This document shows, piece after piece, positions 12,213 to 25,525 of a stretch of 64,000 nt of DNA. A program made the translations under genes and the position numbers. This DNA is from Glaucostegus cemiculus. Its lineage: Eukaryota. The stretch lies in assembly GCA_976551045.1 (NCBI GenBank), contig CDPCPM010000029.1:6758001-6822000 (forward strand). Direction: 5' to 3'. Under the pieces are notes generated by a model. That model did no database searches and was not told the origin of the DNA. It saw only the letters and a list, made by a program, of their open reading frames with translations. Each line of letters begins with the position of its first letter. Within the stretch, counting starts at the first letter, position 1.

Positions 12213-13516
12213 CAATACATTTCCCCTGCCTCTGATAATTGGATCAAAGAGCACAGCGTTGATTACCTACTGACAGAAATTGGATTAAAATTTTTCGATT
12301 TAAGATCTTTGTTAATAATCCACAGTTCAATGAGGAGTACATCACACTGAAAGTAGTGAAACCTGATTGATTTAAAGTGTCCTCCAGGATATTGTTTTAG
12401 CATGTTGAAAATCATCCTGCATAATTTTTATTCATATCAAACCTCATTACTGGCAATCCTCAGTATTGATTGAAGCTTCTGGGAACTGTGATTGTAATTC
12501 ACTGATCCCTCAGTCAGTGAGCTGACATTGCCAATGGTCAGGGTGACCTGAATGGACGATTGACCCATTTCAAGCTCAGGAGTCTCTCCCCTTAGCCCTC
12601 TTTCCCCTAATTCTCTATTCCTCCCACCCCTCTTTCTCAGTTCTTTTAGATTTTCTACCCCCCACCATTTGACATCTCCATGGCAACCTGAATCATTCCC
12701 ATATGACCACATAGGATTGTTGTGCAACTGCTTTGATCGTTGCTTGCCAAGAAAGCTGCAGTGTCCATGAAACATGAAAGGTGTTTTATTGTCTCTTATA
12801 GGGAATAATCTACAGTATTAGTTTCTTAAAGCAAGTATGTCCCAATGTCAGGATTTGTTTTAGTGATTCCAGTTTGGCATGGGTGGACCAAAAATGAGTG
12901 CAATCTAATTTCTGGGCAAAGATGTTCAGTCTTTCAGCACTCTGTCTGTAGTAAACATCTATTTTCTGTTGCTAAACTGCAGATTGTGCTGGGTGGCAAG
13001 GGAGAAGAGGCCATTTTCAAGGTCTTGATATTAACACCCCCTTGATGGTGAGAAGAAGTCAGATGGGGAAGGTAGTTAAAAGAAGCAAATGTGACCTCAA
13101 CCTACAGATTTTCTTTCGCATGTTTAAATTAGGCAATTGGGAACCAATTTAAAATTTACAGCTGTTGCCCAGGTTTCCCATAGATTGCGAGGGCAGACAA
13201 GAACTGTTGTATGAGTTTTTTTCTGGAACTCTCAAATGTTTTTTTTGTGGAAATAATGTTAAGGAGAGGAGTTCAACATACAGAAGCTATCATATTGCGT
13301 ATTGGGGTGGATCTCTACCCCAATACTTTTCACAACATATGTTTTGGGCAGGGCCAACTTCATAAGAGAGCTTTTGTCTTTTCCTCTGCTGATTGTGGCT
13401 TCCCTCTCCTGCTCCAATCCCAAAGCCCTCTCTCCATCCAGCTGATTATGATCAGGCCCACCCTACCAAAGCCCCAGTGGCAATTATACTGTGGCCCATC
13501 CTATGACTAACCAGCT

Positions 13517-13885
13517 GAATCAGAATCAGATTTATTACACCAACTTAGATGACTGTGACATTTCTTGTTTTGCAGCAGCAGTACAGTGCAAAGACATAAA
13601 AATTACTACAAATGACAAAAATAAATAGTGCAAAATGGAGCTGGCTGAGTCTACAACCCTCTGCAGCCTCTTGCGATCCTGTGCATTGGAGCCTCCATAC
13701 CAGATGGTGATAAAACCAGTCAGTATGTTCTCCACCATACATTTGTAGAAATCTGTAAGAGTCTTTGTAACATACCAAATCTCCTCAAACTCCTAACAAA
13801 GTAGAGCAGCTAGTGTGCCTTTATTGTGATTGCATGAATGTTTTGGGTCCAATGTCTTGGATCCTCTGAGATGCTGATGCCCAGA
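13517..13885 (-). mobile_element. Rex1/Babar LINE 3' fragment with an internal deletion
   Basis: VENILTGFITIWYGGSNAQDRKRLQRVVDSAS joined directly to the 3' UTR; reversed (GATTCT)n tail. Confidence 0.9.
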
Positions 13886-14329
13886 GCTGTCCTGCCCCCT
13901 TTCTCTTTTTCCTAAAACCTTTCTCCCTGTCCCCAGGTCCTGATCCAAACAGATGCTAATGTAAACAAGTGCTAATGTAAGTTCACCCAGAATTCTACAA
14001 CTAGTAGAAAAAAAGTAATTTCATCAAATTTTCTTTGTATGTATGTATCAATTTTATAATTAATTAATAATGATTAATATTTCTTCACCCTCATGTTGTC
14101 AAATGCTTTCTATATTTGATACTGTCCATCTGGGAGACCAGGTGTACTCACCAAGTCAAATGAAGTTGAAACAACTACTTGCTTCTCCCTCAGCTTATTA
14201 TTGCAGAGAAGTTATGACCCAAGGGTAAGATTCATATAACTCATGTCAGGAGCAGGTGCGGTGTGCACAATATTTCAGTCTTCTGCTCAAGAATCATAGT
14301 GAAGTTATCACAAACTTAAAATTAATTGT

Positions 14330-14807
14330 TGTTGGATTCGACTGTCTTAAGTAGTTTTTTAACATGTATAGTGTTTAAGACACCTTAAGTGGTTGTACAA
14401 GGTATAACCGCTTTTTACCTTATTGGTTTGTCCACCAGGTGAATACATGTTTTCTCATTGGTTGGTTTTGCCACAGGTATCTAATAGGTTTTCTGATTGG
14501 ACTATTGTTGCCGAAGGAGTACCTCTTATCTCAGGTATAAAAGGTGTCGTTTTTTTGTCAATCTCTTTCTTACTTATCTTGCTCTCTTGCCTCCTTATCT
14601 TTCTTGCTCTCTTCCCCCTCCCACTAGCTAATTTTTAGTTTCTTTCTCTCCGCTCATCTCCTAGTAGTAAAGCTTGTGCCGTGTGCTCTGTGACTTTTTC
14701 TTTGTTTTAAACTTTTCCAATAAAACTTTGTGAAGCACCAAGTTGTTTCTAACATATTCTTGGACTCCTGAAAGAACCTGCAGATTTGAAAATAACTGGA
14801 TCTGACA
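14330..14807 (+). mobile_element. Solo LTR (478 bp)
   Basis: Starts TGTTGGATTC and ends GGATCTGACA (TG..CA, imperfect terminal inverted repeat). 5-bp TSD with one mismatch (ATTGT/CTTGT). TATAAAA near 14536, pyrimidine tract, AATAAA near 14719. Confidence 0.75.
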
Positions 14808-14904
14808 CTTGTTCTTTTAGTGTGATATGAAACCAGCACCATCTAAACGTCACAGCTGTGATTAACCATAAAATTGGAAGTTCATCTCATTAACATTTAC
14901 AACA

Positions 14905-15200
14905 TCACATTGAAACTTACAAAAAATTCATGAAGCTCGACAGGGTGGAGGCAGGGAGGATTTTTCCTCCGGCTGAGGAGATTTGTGGATCTTTGAAATT
15001 CTCTATCCTGGTGGCCTATGGAGGCTCAGTCATTGAGTTCATTCAAAACAGAGATTCCTGGATTTCTGGAGGTTAAGGGAATTCAAGGGGCTTGGGAATA
15101 GTGCAGGTAAATGATACTGAGGTAGAAGATCAGCCATGGTCTTGGTAAATGGCGAAGTATGCTGGAAGGGCCAAATAGCCTGTTTATGCTTCTAATTCTT
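14905..15200 (+). mobile_element. Degenerate CR1 3' end fragment
   Basis: TGAAACTTACAAAAAATTC at the start and a GAAGGGCCAAATAGCCTG...TTCTAATTCTTAT tail typical of CR1 3' ends. Confidence 0.65.
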
Positions 15201-15559
15201 ATTTAACAAATTCATTTAATTATCTGCCTTTACACTTAATTTTTGTGTCATTGATTGATATAATATTTAATTTACAACCATCAAACATAATTTCTGCTTC
15301 TGTTTTTTTTCAAATATATGGTAAGACTTTTGTGCACTGGTTACAGCTACAAAACTGCTGCCCACTAGGCAAAGAAGGAAAATATCCAGCTGCATCCTGT
15401 CCAGAAAAATCAGGACGTGCTGGACCTTCTGATCTCCACCCAACAATCTGTACACAAGTATCAAAGAAGCAATGGAAAGTGAAGTCAACGGTACCATCAA
15501 CACTTTCTTTCTTACCAATGGTCATCTTGGTTTTCTCATCTCCAGATCTCATTGGGGAT

Positions 15560-16540
15560 TTGATCCAAATTTGTAAAGAAAAGTTGAATTCCAGAAATGA
15601 ATGAAGATGATTGTTCTTAACAGGAAGGAGCCTGAGTTACATTGAGGTCAATGGGACTGAGGATGAAAATTCTCCAATAGATGGAGTCATGTCTTAACCA
15701 AAGGGAGAGAGCCAGAACATTGCACCAGGAGATCCTCAGGACCATGTATATGTCCCAATCATCTGCATCTGCTTACCTTATGTTGTACTCTAATTATAAG
15801 GTCAGAATTGCAATTATTTGCAAGTGACTGCTTGGTGTTCTACTCTTCAGGTAACTAACTCATCTGTGCCTGCATGCATGATATCTGGACAACGTGCTGG
15901 TTCTGGATAAGAGGCAAGTAACATGCATTCCACTCAAATGCCAGGAAATGACCATCTACATCAAGGAAGGATCTGACCACATCCCTTAACATTCAATGGC
16001 ACTGCCATCTGCATACTTCCCAGAATCAGCATCCTGGGGAATCCAGAATCTTAATTTGACTGAACACTAAAGTACTATGGTTACACGAACAACCCAGGTG
16101 CTGCACATTTTTGTTAATAGTCTACCTATTGCATCCTCAAACCTTTTCCAATAACCACAAGACATGTCGGGAGTATAATGGAACACTGTTCAGTCACCTG
16201 GGTGCGTAAAGGTCCATGAATATTCAAGAGGATTGACTCCATCCAGAATAAAGCAGTCAGTCTGATTGACACCCTATTCACCAACATGACACTTACTTCC
16301 AACACCAGCAGAATAGCATTCACAAAATGTGTTTCATCACCAAATCTTCTTTAGCACCACTTTCCACAACCACAGCCCCTACCCATTGGAAGGAGCACTG
16401 AGTCAGTGTCCCCAGAAGACTATTGCCAGAGGAATTGCCTTCACAACACAGCTGCAGACCCGTCTCAAAGGCAATTGGGGATTAGCAATAAATGTTAGTC
16501 AAACTAATTACACCAATATTCTATGAATGAATAAAAACAA
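15560..16540 (+). mobile_element. Ancient CR1/L2-group LINE, 3' portion
   Basis: Degenerate RT C-terminal remnants. The 3' end GGCAATTGGGGATTAGCAATAAATG...CTATGAATGAATAAAA is shared with copies near 20280(-), 34030(+) and 51615(-). Confidence 0.65.
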
Positions 16541-16685
16541 AATTCTTTCCTATTATGCTGTTACTATATTTTGCAATATCTGGATTGATAGTTCAAATTT
16601 TCAAGTCTGAAGAATATAGAAATGAATCTCATTAAAATTCAGCAATCCCTCATTCCCACAAAACACATGCCAGAAAAAGACAAAT

Positions 16686-17100
16686 AAAACTTGCATACAT
16701 TTTACTTCTTTATTGTGGGGAAATATTTCAAGCATTTTACAAATAACAATCAGACAAAAATCTCCCAAAACAGAGAAGGATATTTTAGGAGGGTATTATA
16801 TTAGAAGGATACATTAGGTGACCATAAGTTGCTCAGAGGGGAGATTTTGAATTGCATCATTAAGGAAGAAAGAAGGGTGAACAGAATTTCAGAGGGTACG
16901 TGCCTGAAGCTGCAATAATTAATATGAAGAAAAAGGGAATGTTAGATTTACAAAAGATTGAGGGCAGTAGAAAAGAGTTTTTAAGTTGTAGTCTTTGAGG
17001 AAGTTGTAGAGATAAGAAGAGGCAAGGCCATGAATGGGTTATAACTCAGAAGGGAATGTAAATTTAAGTTGGAGACAATGAAGAACTTGGAGACAGTATA
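16686..17100 (-). mobile_element. L2-like LINE 3' end, degenerate
   Basis: Purine-rich on +; resembles reversed L2 3' ends (from recall). A similar segment lies at about 30910-31100. Confidence 0.45.
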
Positions 17101-17161
17101 GTGTCCCACACCAAGTCCCTCATTCCTTCCTCTATGGCCGTGAGATTGCAAAGTAGGCAGA

Positions 17162-17475
17162 AGAAATTGCTTTTAGAAAACGCCTTTCATAATATTAAGT
17201 GGCCCCAAACCATTTTACAATCAATGAAGTACTTTCAAAGCATAGCAAATGTAATGCAGGAAATATGAAAATCAGTTTGCACACTACATGATTTCTCACA
17301 TTGAATGAAATAAATGACCAGGTAATGCTTTCAGAGTTGAGCTCCTTCTAAGGCAAAACCTCCAATAGTGCATCCCTTGCACAGTACTTTCACGATTAAG
17401 TTAAACAATCTTCAGGTCTATGGGATGATTTTGAACCCATGCTTATAAATATAAACAAGAAAACTGAGCCATATA
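17162..17475 (-). mobile_element. Deu-domain SINE (SacSINE1-like), internally deleted
   Basis: Reverse complement of the tail (TTTTACAATCAATGAAGTACTTT) and head (TTTGAACCCA, ACTGAGCCA) of the family at 2421 and 24100. Confidence 0.65.
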
Positions 17476-18389
17476 CCACTGAGCAAAGGCTAACAATTGT
17501 ACATGCATAGTAGGAGCTTGAGATGCTAGTCAGGACAGCATTACACTGGTTGACTTTGGAGTGACAAATCATAGATGAGAATTTCAATTGTATATGGGCC
17601 ATGTTATAATTGCAGAAGTGACAAAATGAGTCTTATGATATATGCTGCAAGAAACTCAGCTCAGAGGCAGATGGGATACTGGGAGAGGGAACAGTTTGGT
17701 TCAATCTAGCCAGGTAAAGGTTATAACATCACAATGTTATGCAAATCTAGATCCCAGTTAATTGTGGGAAACATTGGGAAGAACATATCAGTGTTCAACC
17801 TTAGTTGTCCTAAGGATTTGATAGCAGGTTTTCTTCATGAACTACTTCAGTTTTTGAAGTGTTGACTGTTGCTCAACAGTGTTGCCAGGAATTCCTGAAT
17901 GTTGATCATATGATATTTCATCATTAATTCTTAGGAGTGGGTGTGACTTCTTTTCCCAATGGAAAACTGGGTGGTTTACACATAACTCTCATGTGTAGTT
18001 ATACTGATGAGGTTGTTGATTCACTGTGTGGAAAGTTCTGTACTGTACCAAAGCAGAAGATGAAAGGCAAAGATGCCCAAGGATTAGAAAGTAGGGCCCT
18101 ATGGGTATATATTTCAAACAAATCCTCCCCCATTTGTTTAGGTCACCTTGAACTCTGTTAATAGCACTCTTAATATTTTGTCATATGGAGAGAATTTACT
18201 TTTCATAATGGAAAATTGCAGTTAGTTCCTTCAGGATAAATATAGTATTTCATAGGAATAAAGAAAGGGAAATACATTTACCGAAACTAACTGCATTTAA
18301 CTCCAGAGGGTGGGGGCTACCAATACAACGCAAATGAGCAACAAAAGAGGACTGTTAGAAAGAAAGAACATATATTTATTCTTTTCACA

Positions 18390-18690
18390 GTCAATAAATT
18401 ACTCTTGAATTGTAATCAATCTTCATTTCTGTACGGCAATATGCCACAAGCTGCAATGAGTAAATGACAATTAATCTGTTATTTATGGGTATGTTGATTG
18501 AGCAGGAAAGACTTGGCTTGCTTTTTGCTTCAGCTAATGTCATGGGAATTTTTCTCCATCTAACTGAAGAAGCAGACAATCCTTAGGTAAAATTCTGAGG
18601 CTGTATAACCAAATGAAGTAAAGATCCCGAGTGGCTAAAGAAGAGGTTGAACACAAAATCTTCTAACACATGGACACAAAATGCTAGTAC
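18390..18690 (-). mobile_element. Deu-domain SINE remnant
   Basis: GCAATGAGTAAATGACAATTAATCTG...ATGTTGATTGAG...GTCATGGGAATTTTT is the reverse complement of the Deu-SINE core. Confidence 0.55.
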
Positions 18691-18849
18691 TGACATTTTG
18701 ACCATAATGTACATTAATTCCATTCTAGAAACAAAGTCACCCCCAGCCTCAATCATTGAGTTGCAATATGTGGAGTTTCAATTCGTTCATTGAAGTGTGT
18801 TAGAGACTGGACTTAGCATCCACTAAAATCAAATCCTCCTTCAACCCAA

Positions 18850-20220
18850 ATCCACTTTATAACACTGTCCTCCAACAATAAAGGTCCACAATGAGACCTG
18901 AGAAAATGTAGATAACTTCCCATATCCTGGAAGCCACCTCTTAATGAAGGCAAACATCCAGCATAAACTTTGGTCACCTAAGGAAAAGCATATTTGATGA
19001 TCAAGACTTCAAACCTGGAACAAAGCTCATGATCAATGGGTTTGGGGAGTTTGGTGAGATTTGTTATGTCACCAAACGCTCTTACAAAATTCTGTAGATG
19101 TACGGTGGAGAGCATGCTGACTGGTTGCATCACAGCCTGGTCTGGAGCCTCCAATGCACAGGATCACAAGAAGCTGCTGAGGGTTGTAGACTCAGCCAGC
19201 TCTATCACAGGCACAACCCTCCCCACCATCAAGGATATCTTCAAGAGGTGGTGCCTTAAGAAGGAGGCATCCATCATTAAGGACTCTCACCATCTGGGAC
19301 ATGCCCTCTTGTCGCTACTACCATCGGGGAGGAGGTACAGGAGCCTGACAACCCACACTCAACATTTCAGGAACAGCTTCTTCCCCTCCGTCATGAGATT
19401 TCTGAAAGATCCATGAAACCATGAACATTACCATGCTATTCCTTTTTTTTGCACTATTTATTATTTTTGTAAGTTATAGATTTTATGTCTAGCACTGTAC
19501 CGCTGCTGCAAAACAACAAATTTCATGTCATATATCAGTGATAATAAATCTGATTCTGATTCTGACAGCAATGACCCCCATTCTCTTGTCTGCTTTTGAG
19601 TCATGGTCTACCTATAGCAGGCACCTCAAAACATGAGTGAGATATCTCCAGTGCAACTTTCACAAAATTCTCTCAATCTGCTGAAAAGATAAGTGAAGCA
19701 AAGTCAGTGTCTTCTTCCAGGCCAACGTTTCCAACCTTGCCTTAGTTACAATAACTTGGCTCCTATGGACAGGCCACATTTTGTACAGGATGAACACCAG
19801 GCTCCCAAAGCAGACATGTTGGTCTGAGCTCTGTCACAGTAAGAGATCACTGGGTGGAAAGAGGAAAAGACTGAACGATGTTCTCAAAACCTCTTTTCAA
19901 AATCATAACATTCTCACTGACTTATGGGGATCTCTGAATGATGACTATTTAAAATGGAGAAGGGGTATTCAGGGTGGGATTGAGAACCTGCAGTCATTGT
20001 GACCGCAAGGAAACTGAGGGGTAACAGAGGAAGGAGTGCACCACTTTCCACACTACCTAACCATCGGTCTTGTCAAGCACATCTTGTTCCCACCCGTGGT
20101 GCACAGTCTGTGGGTGCTGTGTTGGCTTCATCAGCCATTTGATCATCTACAGACCTGGAGTGAAAACAAGTCATCCTGGGCCCTGAGGGATTGCCTAAAG
20201 AAGGAAAGATTCTCTTGATA
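18850..20220 (+). mobile_element. RTE-clade LINE 3' fragment, interrupted by Rex1
   Basis: ENVDNFPYPGSHL, DFKPGTKLMI, RMNTRLPKQ...GKRKRLNDVLKTS. Confidence 0.8.
19036..19565 (+). mobile_element. Rex1/Babar LINE 3' fragment
   Basis: ORF 19036-19416 (TVESMLTGCITAW...LLPSGRRYRSL...RNSFFPS); (GATTCT)n tail. Confidence 0.92.
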
Positions 20221-20274
20221 GGTTGGACTGTTCTTGTGACAAGGGTTGACAAAATGTTCTTTAATTTCCTTCAG

Positions 20275-23200
20275 TTCATTTTTGAGATCTGGGCTTTGCC
20301 GGTGAAGTCTGAGTTTATTGCCCATCCTTAATTGCCCTTGAGTGAGCCATCTTCATGAAGTTTTGTAGTGCTTTTGATGAAGATACTTCCACAGTGTTAT
20401 TGTGTAGGAGTTCCAGGATTTAAAGACAGTGATGATGAAAGAACAGTGATATAGTCAGGATAATGTGTGAGTTGGATTGTTCCCATGAGCCTGTTGCCAT
20501 GAGTACATGGTGTACATGGAGTACAGGGAAGCAGAGTACAGGCGATAAAAGTAGTAAGGTGGATGGACTAAAGTGTGTTTACTTTAATGCGAGAAGTGTC
20601 AGGAATAAGGGAGATGAACTGATGGCTTGGATAAGTATGGGGGACTACGATATTATGCTGAGACATGGCTGACGTCAGGGCAGGAGCGGATATTGAATAT
20701 TCCTGGTTTTCAGTGTTTTAAAAGGGATGGGGGGGGAGAAGAGGAGGGGGGTGGTAATATTGGTCAGGGACACTGTTATGGCTGCGGAAAGGGTGGATAT
20801 TACAGAAGGATCCTCTCTAGAGTTAGTATGGGTGAAAGTAAGGAACAAGAAAGGAGTAGTTACACTACTGGGAGTATTCTTTAGGCCCCCCTGGCAGCAC
20901 TAGAGATATAGAGGAGCAGACTGGCAGGCAGTGTTTGGACAGAAGCAAAAATAACAAGGTTGTTATAATGGTAGATTTCAGCTTCCCAAATATAGACTGG
21001 AACCTGCTTAGTGCCAAAGGCTTAGAAGGGACGGAGTTTGTTAAATGTATCCAGGATGGATTCCTGATGCAGTATGTCGACAGGCCGACTACAGGGAATG
21101 CAATATCAGATCTAGTTTTAGGAAATGAACCAGGACAGGCGAAGGATCTTTTGGTGGGTGAGCAGTTGGGGGACAGTGACCATTGCTCCATAACCTTTAA
21201 AATGGTCATGGACAGGGAAAGGTGCAGGGAGGACAAGAAGATATTTAATTGGGGAAGGGTGGACTATGAGGCTATAAGGAGAGAACTTGGGAGTGTAAAT
21301 TAGGATGTCCTTTTTGAGGGAAAATGTACTATGGAGATGTGGATGATGTTCAGGGATCTTTCACAGTGTGTTAGGGATAAATATGTCCCAGTGAGTCAGA
21401 AGGAATGGCAGGGTGAAGGACCCGTGGGTGACGAGAGAGGTGGAACAACTGGTTAGGAAGAAGAAGGCAGCATTCATAAGGTGTAAGCAGCAAAGCTCAG
21501 ACAGGGCCTGTGAGGAATATGACGTAGCAAGGAAGGAACTTAAGAAAGGGCTGAGGAGAACTAGAAGGGGACGTGAAAAGGCGTTGGCTAGTAGGTTTAA
21601 GGAAAATCCCAAGGCTTTTTTCACATACATGAAGGGCAGAAGGATGGGTAGGGTAAAGGTAGGTCCGATTAAAGACAAAGGTGGGAGGATGTGCCTGGAG
21701 CGGGTGGAAGTAGGAGAAGTTCTCAATGAATACTTCTCTTTGGTATTCACTAAGGAGATGGGTCTTGATGACATGGTAGAAAGTGTTGGTAAGGGTAATG
21801 TTCTTGAGCATGTAGATATCAAGAGAGGGGATGTGTTGAAGTTGTTAAATAATATCAAGATGGATAAGTCTCCGGGGCCTGACCGAATTTTCCCCAGGCT
21901 GCCTCGAGAAGCGAAGAAGGAGATTGTTGAACCCCTGGTAAGGATCTTTGAGTCCTTGTTGTCCACGGGGATAGTACCGGAAGATTGGAGGGTGGCGAAT
22001 GTTGTCCCCTTGTTCAAAAAAGGTAGTAGGGATGGTCCAGGGAATTACAGACCAGTGAGTCTCACGTCTGTGGTGAGTAAACTGTTAGAAAGGATTCTAA
22101 GGAAGGGGTAGGAACTATGAACACCTAGAGAATCACGGACTGATTAGGGACAGCCAGCATGGCTTTGTGAAGGGAAGATCTTGCCTCACAAGCCTAACAG
22201 AGTTCTTTGAGGAGGTGATGAGAAAGATCGATGAGGGCAGTGTGGTGGATGTGGTCTACATGGATTTTAGTAAGGCATTTGATAAGTTTCCTCCTGGTAG
22301 GCTTCTTCAGAAGGTCAGAAGTCAAGGGATTCAGGGAAGATTGGCTGAGTGGATCAGGAATTGGCTTGCCTGTAGAAAGCAGAAGGTTGTGGTGGAGGGA
22401 GTACCCTCAGATTCGAGGGCTGTGATTAGAGGTGTCCCGCAGGAATCTGTTCTGGGACCTCTACTTTTTGTTATACTTATAGATGACTTAGATGAGAAGG
22501 TGGAAGGCTGGGTTAGTAAGTTTGCTGATGACACTAAGATCGGCGGTGTGGTGGATAATGTGGAGGGATGTCGGGCTTTACAGAAGGGTATTGATAGGAT
22601 GCAGAGCTGGACGGACAAGTGGCAGATGGAGTTCAATCCGGAGAAGTGTGAGGTGGTACACTTTGGAAGGACAAACTCCAGGGCAGAGAACAAGGTAAAT
22701 GGCAAGGTATTTGGCAATGTAGAGGAGCAGATGGATCTGGGGGTTCCTATCCACAGTTCACTGAAAGTTGCCTCGCAGGTGGATAGGACAGTTAAGAAGT
22801 CCTATGGGATGTTAGCTTTCATAAGTCGTGGGATAGAGATTAAGAGCCGCAAAGTGATGATGCAGCTTTACAAAACTCTGGTTAGACCACACATAGAGTA
22901 CTATGTTCAGTTCTGGTCGCCGCATTATAGGAAGGATGTGGAGGCATTGGAGAGGGTGCATAGGAGATTTACCAGGATGCTGTCTGGATTAGAGGGTATG
23001 GAATATGAGGAGAGGCTTAAGGTGCTAGGGCTTTACTTGTTGGAGAGGAGAAGGATGAGAGGGGACTTGATAGAGGTATATAAGATATTGAGAGGAATAG
23101 ATAGAGTTGACATCCAGTGCTTCTTTCCCAGGGCAACAATGCTCAAGACAAGAGGGCATGGCTTTAAGGTTATAGGTGGGAAGTTCAGGGGAGATGTCAG

Positions 23201-23925
23201 AGGGAAGTTTTTCACCCAGAGAGTGGTTGGTGCATGGAATGCACCGCCTGAGGTGGTGGTGGAGGCAGATGCGTTGGACAGGTTCAAGAGATTGTTGGAT
23301 AGTCATATGGAGGAATGTGGGAGAGAGGGATATGTGGGAGGAAAGGGTTAGATAGTGAGGTGTGGTTTGATGGATGGCATAACATGGTGGGCCAAAGGGC
23401 CTGTATTGTTCTGTATTGTTCTATGGTTCTATGGTTCTATGAGTCTTTCTTGGGTTTGGGATATAAAGTTCGAGTAGACAAGAAATTTCAGTGCATTTTT
23501 GCAGTTGGTACACACTGCAGCCACTGTGTACTGGTGATGGAGTGAATGACTGTTTGGAGGTTTGCTAGGATACCAGTAAAGTGGGCTGCTTTATCCTGGT
23601 GTCAAGATTCTTGAGAGCTTTTGGCATTGTACTCATCTAAGCAAGTGGAGAATATTCCATCACACTCATGACCTGTGCGCTGTAGACAGTGGAAAGGCCT
23701 TGGGGTGTCAGGAGGTGGGTCTCTCATCACAGACTGTTCAGCCTTTGAGCTGCTCTTGTAGTTACAATGTTTGCGTGAGGGTCCAGCTGAGATTGTGATC
23801 AGTCGTGATTCTTAGGATGTTGATAATAGGGGACTCAATAGTAATGCCATTGAATATCATGGGTTGGTGATTAGACAATGACTTGTTGGAGATGGTCATT
23901 GCATGTTACCCTAAATTTCTGACCA
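20275..23925 (-). mobile_element. Ancient CR1/L2-group LINE (20275-20504 and 23445-23925) hosting the large CR1
   Basis: Reversed 3' end TTTATTGCCCATCCTTAATTGCCCTTGAG; the sequence resumes colinearly after the CR1, as in the copy at 51615. Confidence 0.7.
20505..23440 (+). mobile_element. CR1 LINE, 5'-truncated, with most of ORF2 (APE endonuclease + reverse transcriptase), disrupted
   Basis: LKCVYFNARS, ETWL, DFSFPNIDW, SDHC (APE); PGPD, NYRPVSLTS, YMDFSKAFD, GVPQESVLGP, KFADDTK (RT). Stops and frameshifts split it into ORFs 20463, 20627, 20935, 21413 and 22167. (GGTTCTAT)n tail; TSD ATGAGT at 20499-20504 and 23439-23444. Confidence 0.97.
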
Positions 23926-24099
23926 ATGGTACAAAGCAGGCAGAGAGCTATGGTTTGGAATGGTAGAATGGAGGGTGTCTGGCTAAGATCCATGTGGCAA
24001 TGGAACATAGGTGATGCAAGTAACCATAAGGTGGGGTTTGGGGAGTGTCTGTGAGTGAAAGATGAAATAGGAGCCTGAAAGGAGTAGGTTCCAATTAAC

Positions 24100-24500
24100 A
24101 CATTTTGTAGAACAATGGCCTCCAAGTTAAAGATTGTGGGTTCAAATCCCATTCTAAAGCTTTGAGCCCACAAATACAGACAGACACCTCAAATGAAGGA
24201 ATACTTCATTTTTGGTGCTGTCACACTTACTGTGAATTTGTAAACCAGAATTCTGGTCTGCCAAGACGCCTTGGTATCATTTCAAAGGAGAATAGGAGAA
24301 TAATTCCCTATGGCAAGTGTTTATCATTCAATCGACACGGTTAAAAGCAGTGCATTTTATCATTGTCAGATTGCTGCTTATGAAGCTTGTTGTGTGAAGA
24401 TTCGCTGCCACATTACAGCAATGAATACAATTCATGTTGGCTGTAAAATGCTTTGCAATGGCCTGAGGTCACGAAAGATGCTATTACATTGCAAATCTAC
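24100..24500 (+). mobile_element. Deu-domain SINE (SacSINE1-like)
   Basis: B-box GGGTTCAAATCCCA; tail TTGGCTGTAAAATGCTTTG...CCTGAGGTCACGAAAGATGCT; homologous to the copy at 2421. Confidence 0.7.
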
Positions 24501-25259
24501 ATTATATTCCAGAGGAGTTGAAGAATGTTTGACATTACTGTGTTGGCTGGTGTCTATCCATCCTCAGGTCCTTGCTCAATCCTTCATGGGACCTGCCTGA
24601 AGCAGGGGAAACACCCTAGATCCTTCTGAATCTCCAGATTTGCAGCTCCAGGAGAGCTTTTACATTATTTTCCCTGATCTAAAAGGAACTGAAATAGAAT
24701 ATTAAAGTGAAAAGTGCTGTTTTCATGTGCAAATAAGGAAATCAAATGGTGCATTTACAGCAGCCATGTTTCTATTTGGTGACGGTTTAGAGAGGGCTCA
24801 TTCTACTCCCTAACCTTCAACAACACCAAAATGCTACTGGGAGGAATACCTGCAGTAATAGGTGGAGATACCAAGAGATACCCAGGGTGAACTTTGATTC
24901 AGACCTCCACATTTATCCTTGACCAATTTTGAACATCAATTGACATCTCTGGAGACGTTTTTTTTCCCTATCAGCTGAGAAAGTAGCATTTGGACCTTTT
25001 TTTTTCCCAGGGATGCTTCCATCAAGAACACCCTGAAAGAATGGGAGAAATCCTTTGAAAGTTATGCAGCGTGCATTCATGTTGAATGGTAGCCTGATGT
25101 GAAAACAGAGGCTAAAGGGATGAGAAGGCATAAGGGAGGGCAGGAGCAGAAAGATGAAAGGAAATGTTAAGATTGGTTCTGTAAGTATTTTAGAAGTGAA
25201 ATGATAATTAAGGAGGGGATTGGGTTGCCCAGAGATGAAAGAGGAATTTAACAGTGGAG

Positions 25260-25525
25260 GTCAAGATATTAAAGAAATATTTTGCATTGACTTTTTATAG
25301 AGGAAGAGAGAATACACCAAGGAAAATTTGGAGCAGTTGCAAAAGGTGATTCTAGGACGTGGATAAGAAGTAAGTTAGTAGATGTTCGGGTGGATAGGTG
25401 CCAGTTTCTTAGCACTATATAAAACTGGCTGCCAAAGGAAGGCAGAGAGGAAAGAGCAGAGCCTCCAATCATGATTTTTAAGAGCAGTTCATGTTGTGAC
25501 TTGTGCCATGGAACTGGAGGATGTT
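25260..25525 (+). mobile_element. Very old CR1 ORF2 fragment
   Basis: KEGREERAEPPIMIFKSS followed by a VP..WR-like remnant, resembling REAKKEIVEPLVRIFES..VPEDWR in the CR1 at 21413. Confidence 0.55.

Noticed and set aside
18391-18460. Strong + strand acceptor with a short open frame
   Set aside because: Overlaps a reversed Deu-SINE tail, has a weak donor, and gives a stop in the phase required by exon B.
20865-23306. Long minus-strand ORFs (123, 218, 128 aa and others)
   Set aside because: Antisense shadows of the CR1 ORF2. The same applies to 37197-37457, 52147-52617 and similar ORFs.
22167-23351. 394-aa RT ORF as an active or domesticated gene
   Set aside because: It is the 3' piece of a truncated CR1 whose upstream ORF2 has stops and frameshifts.
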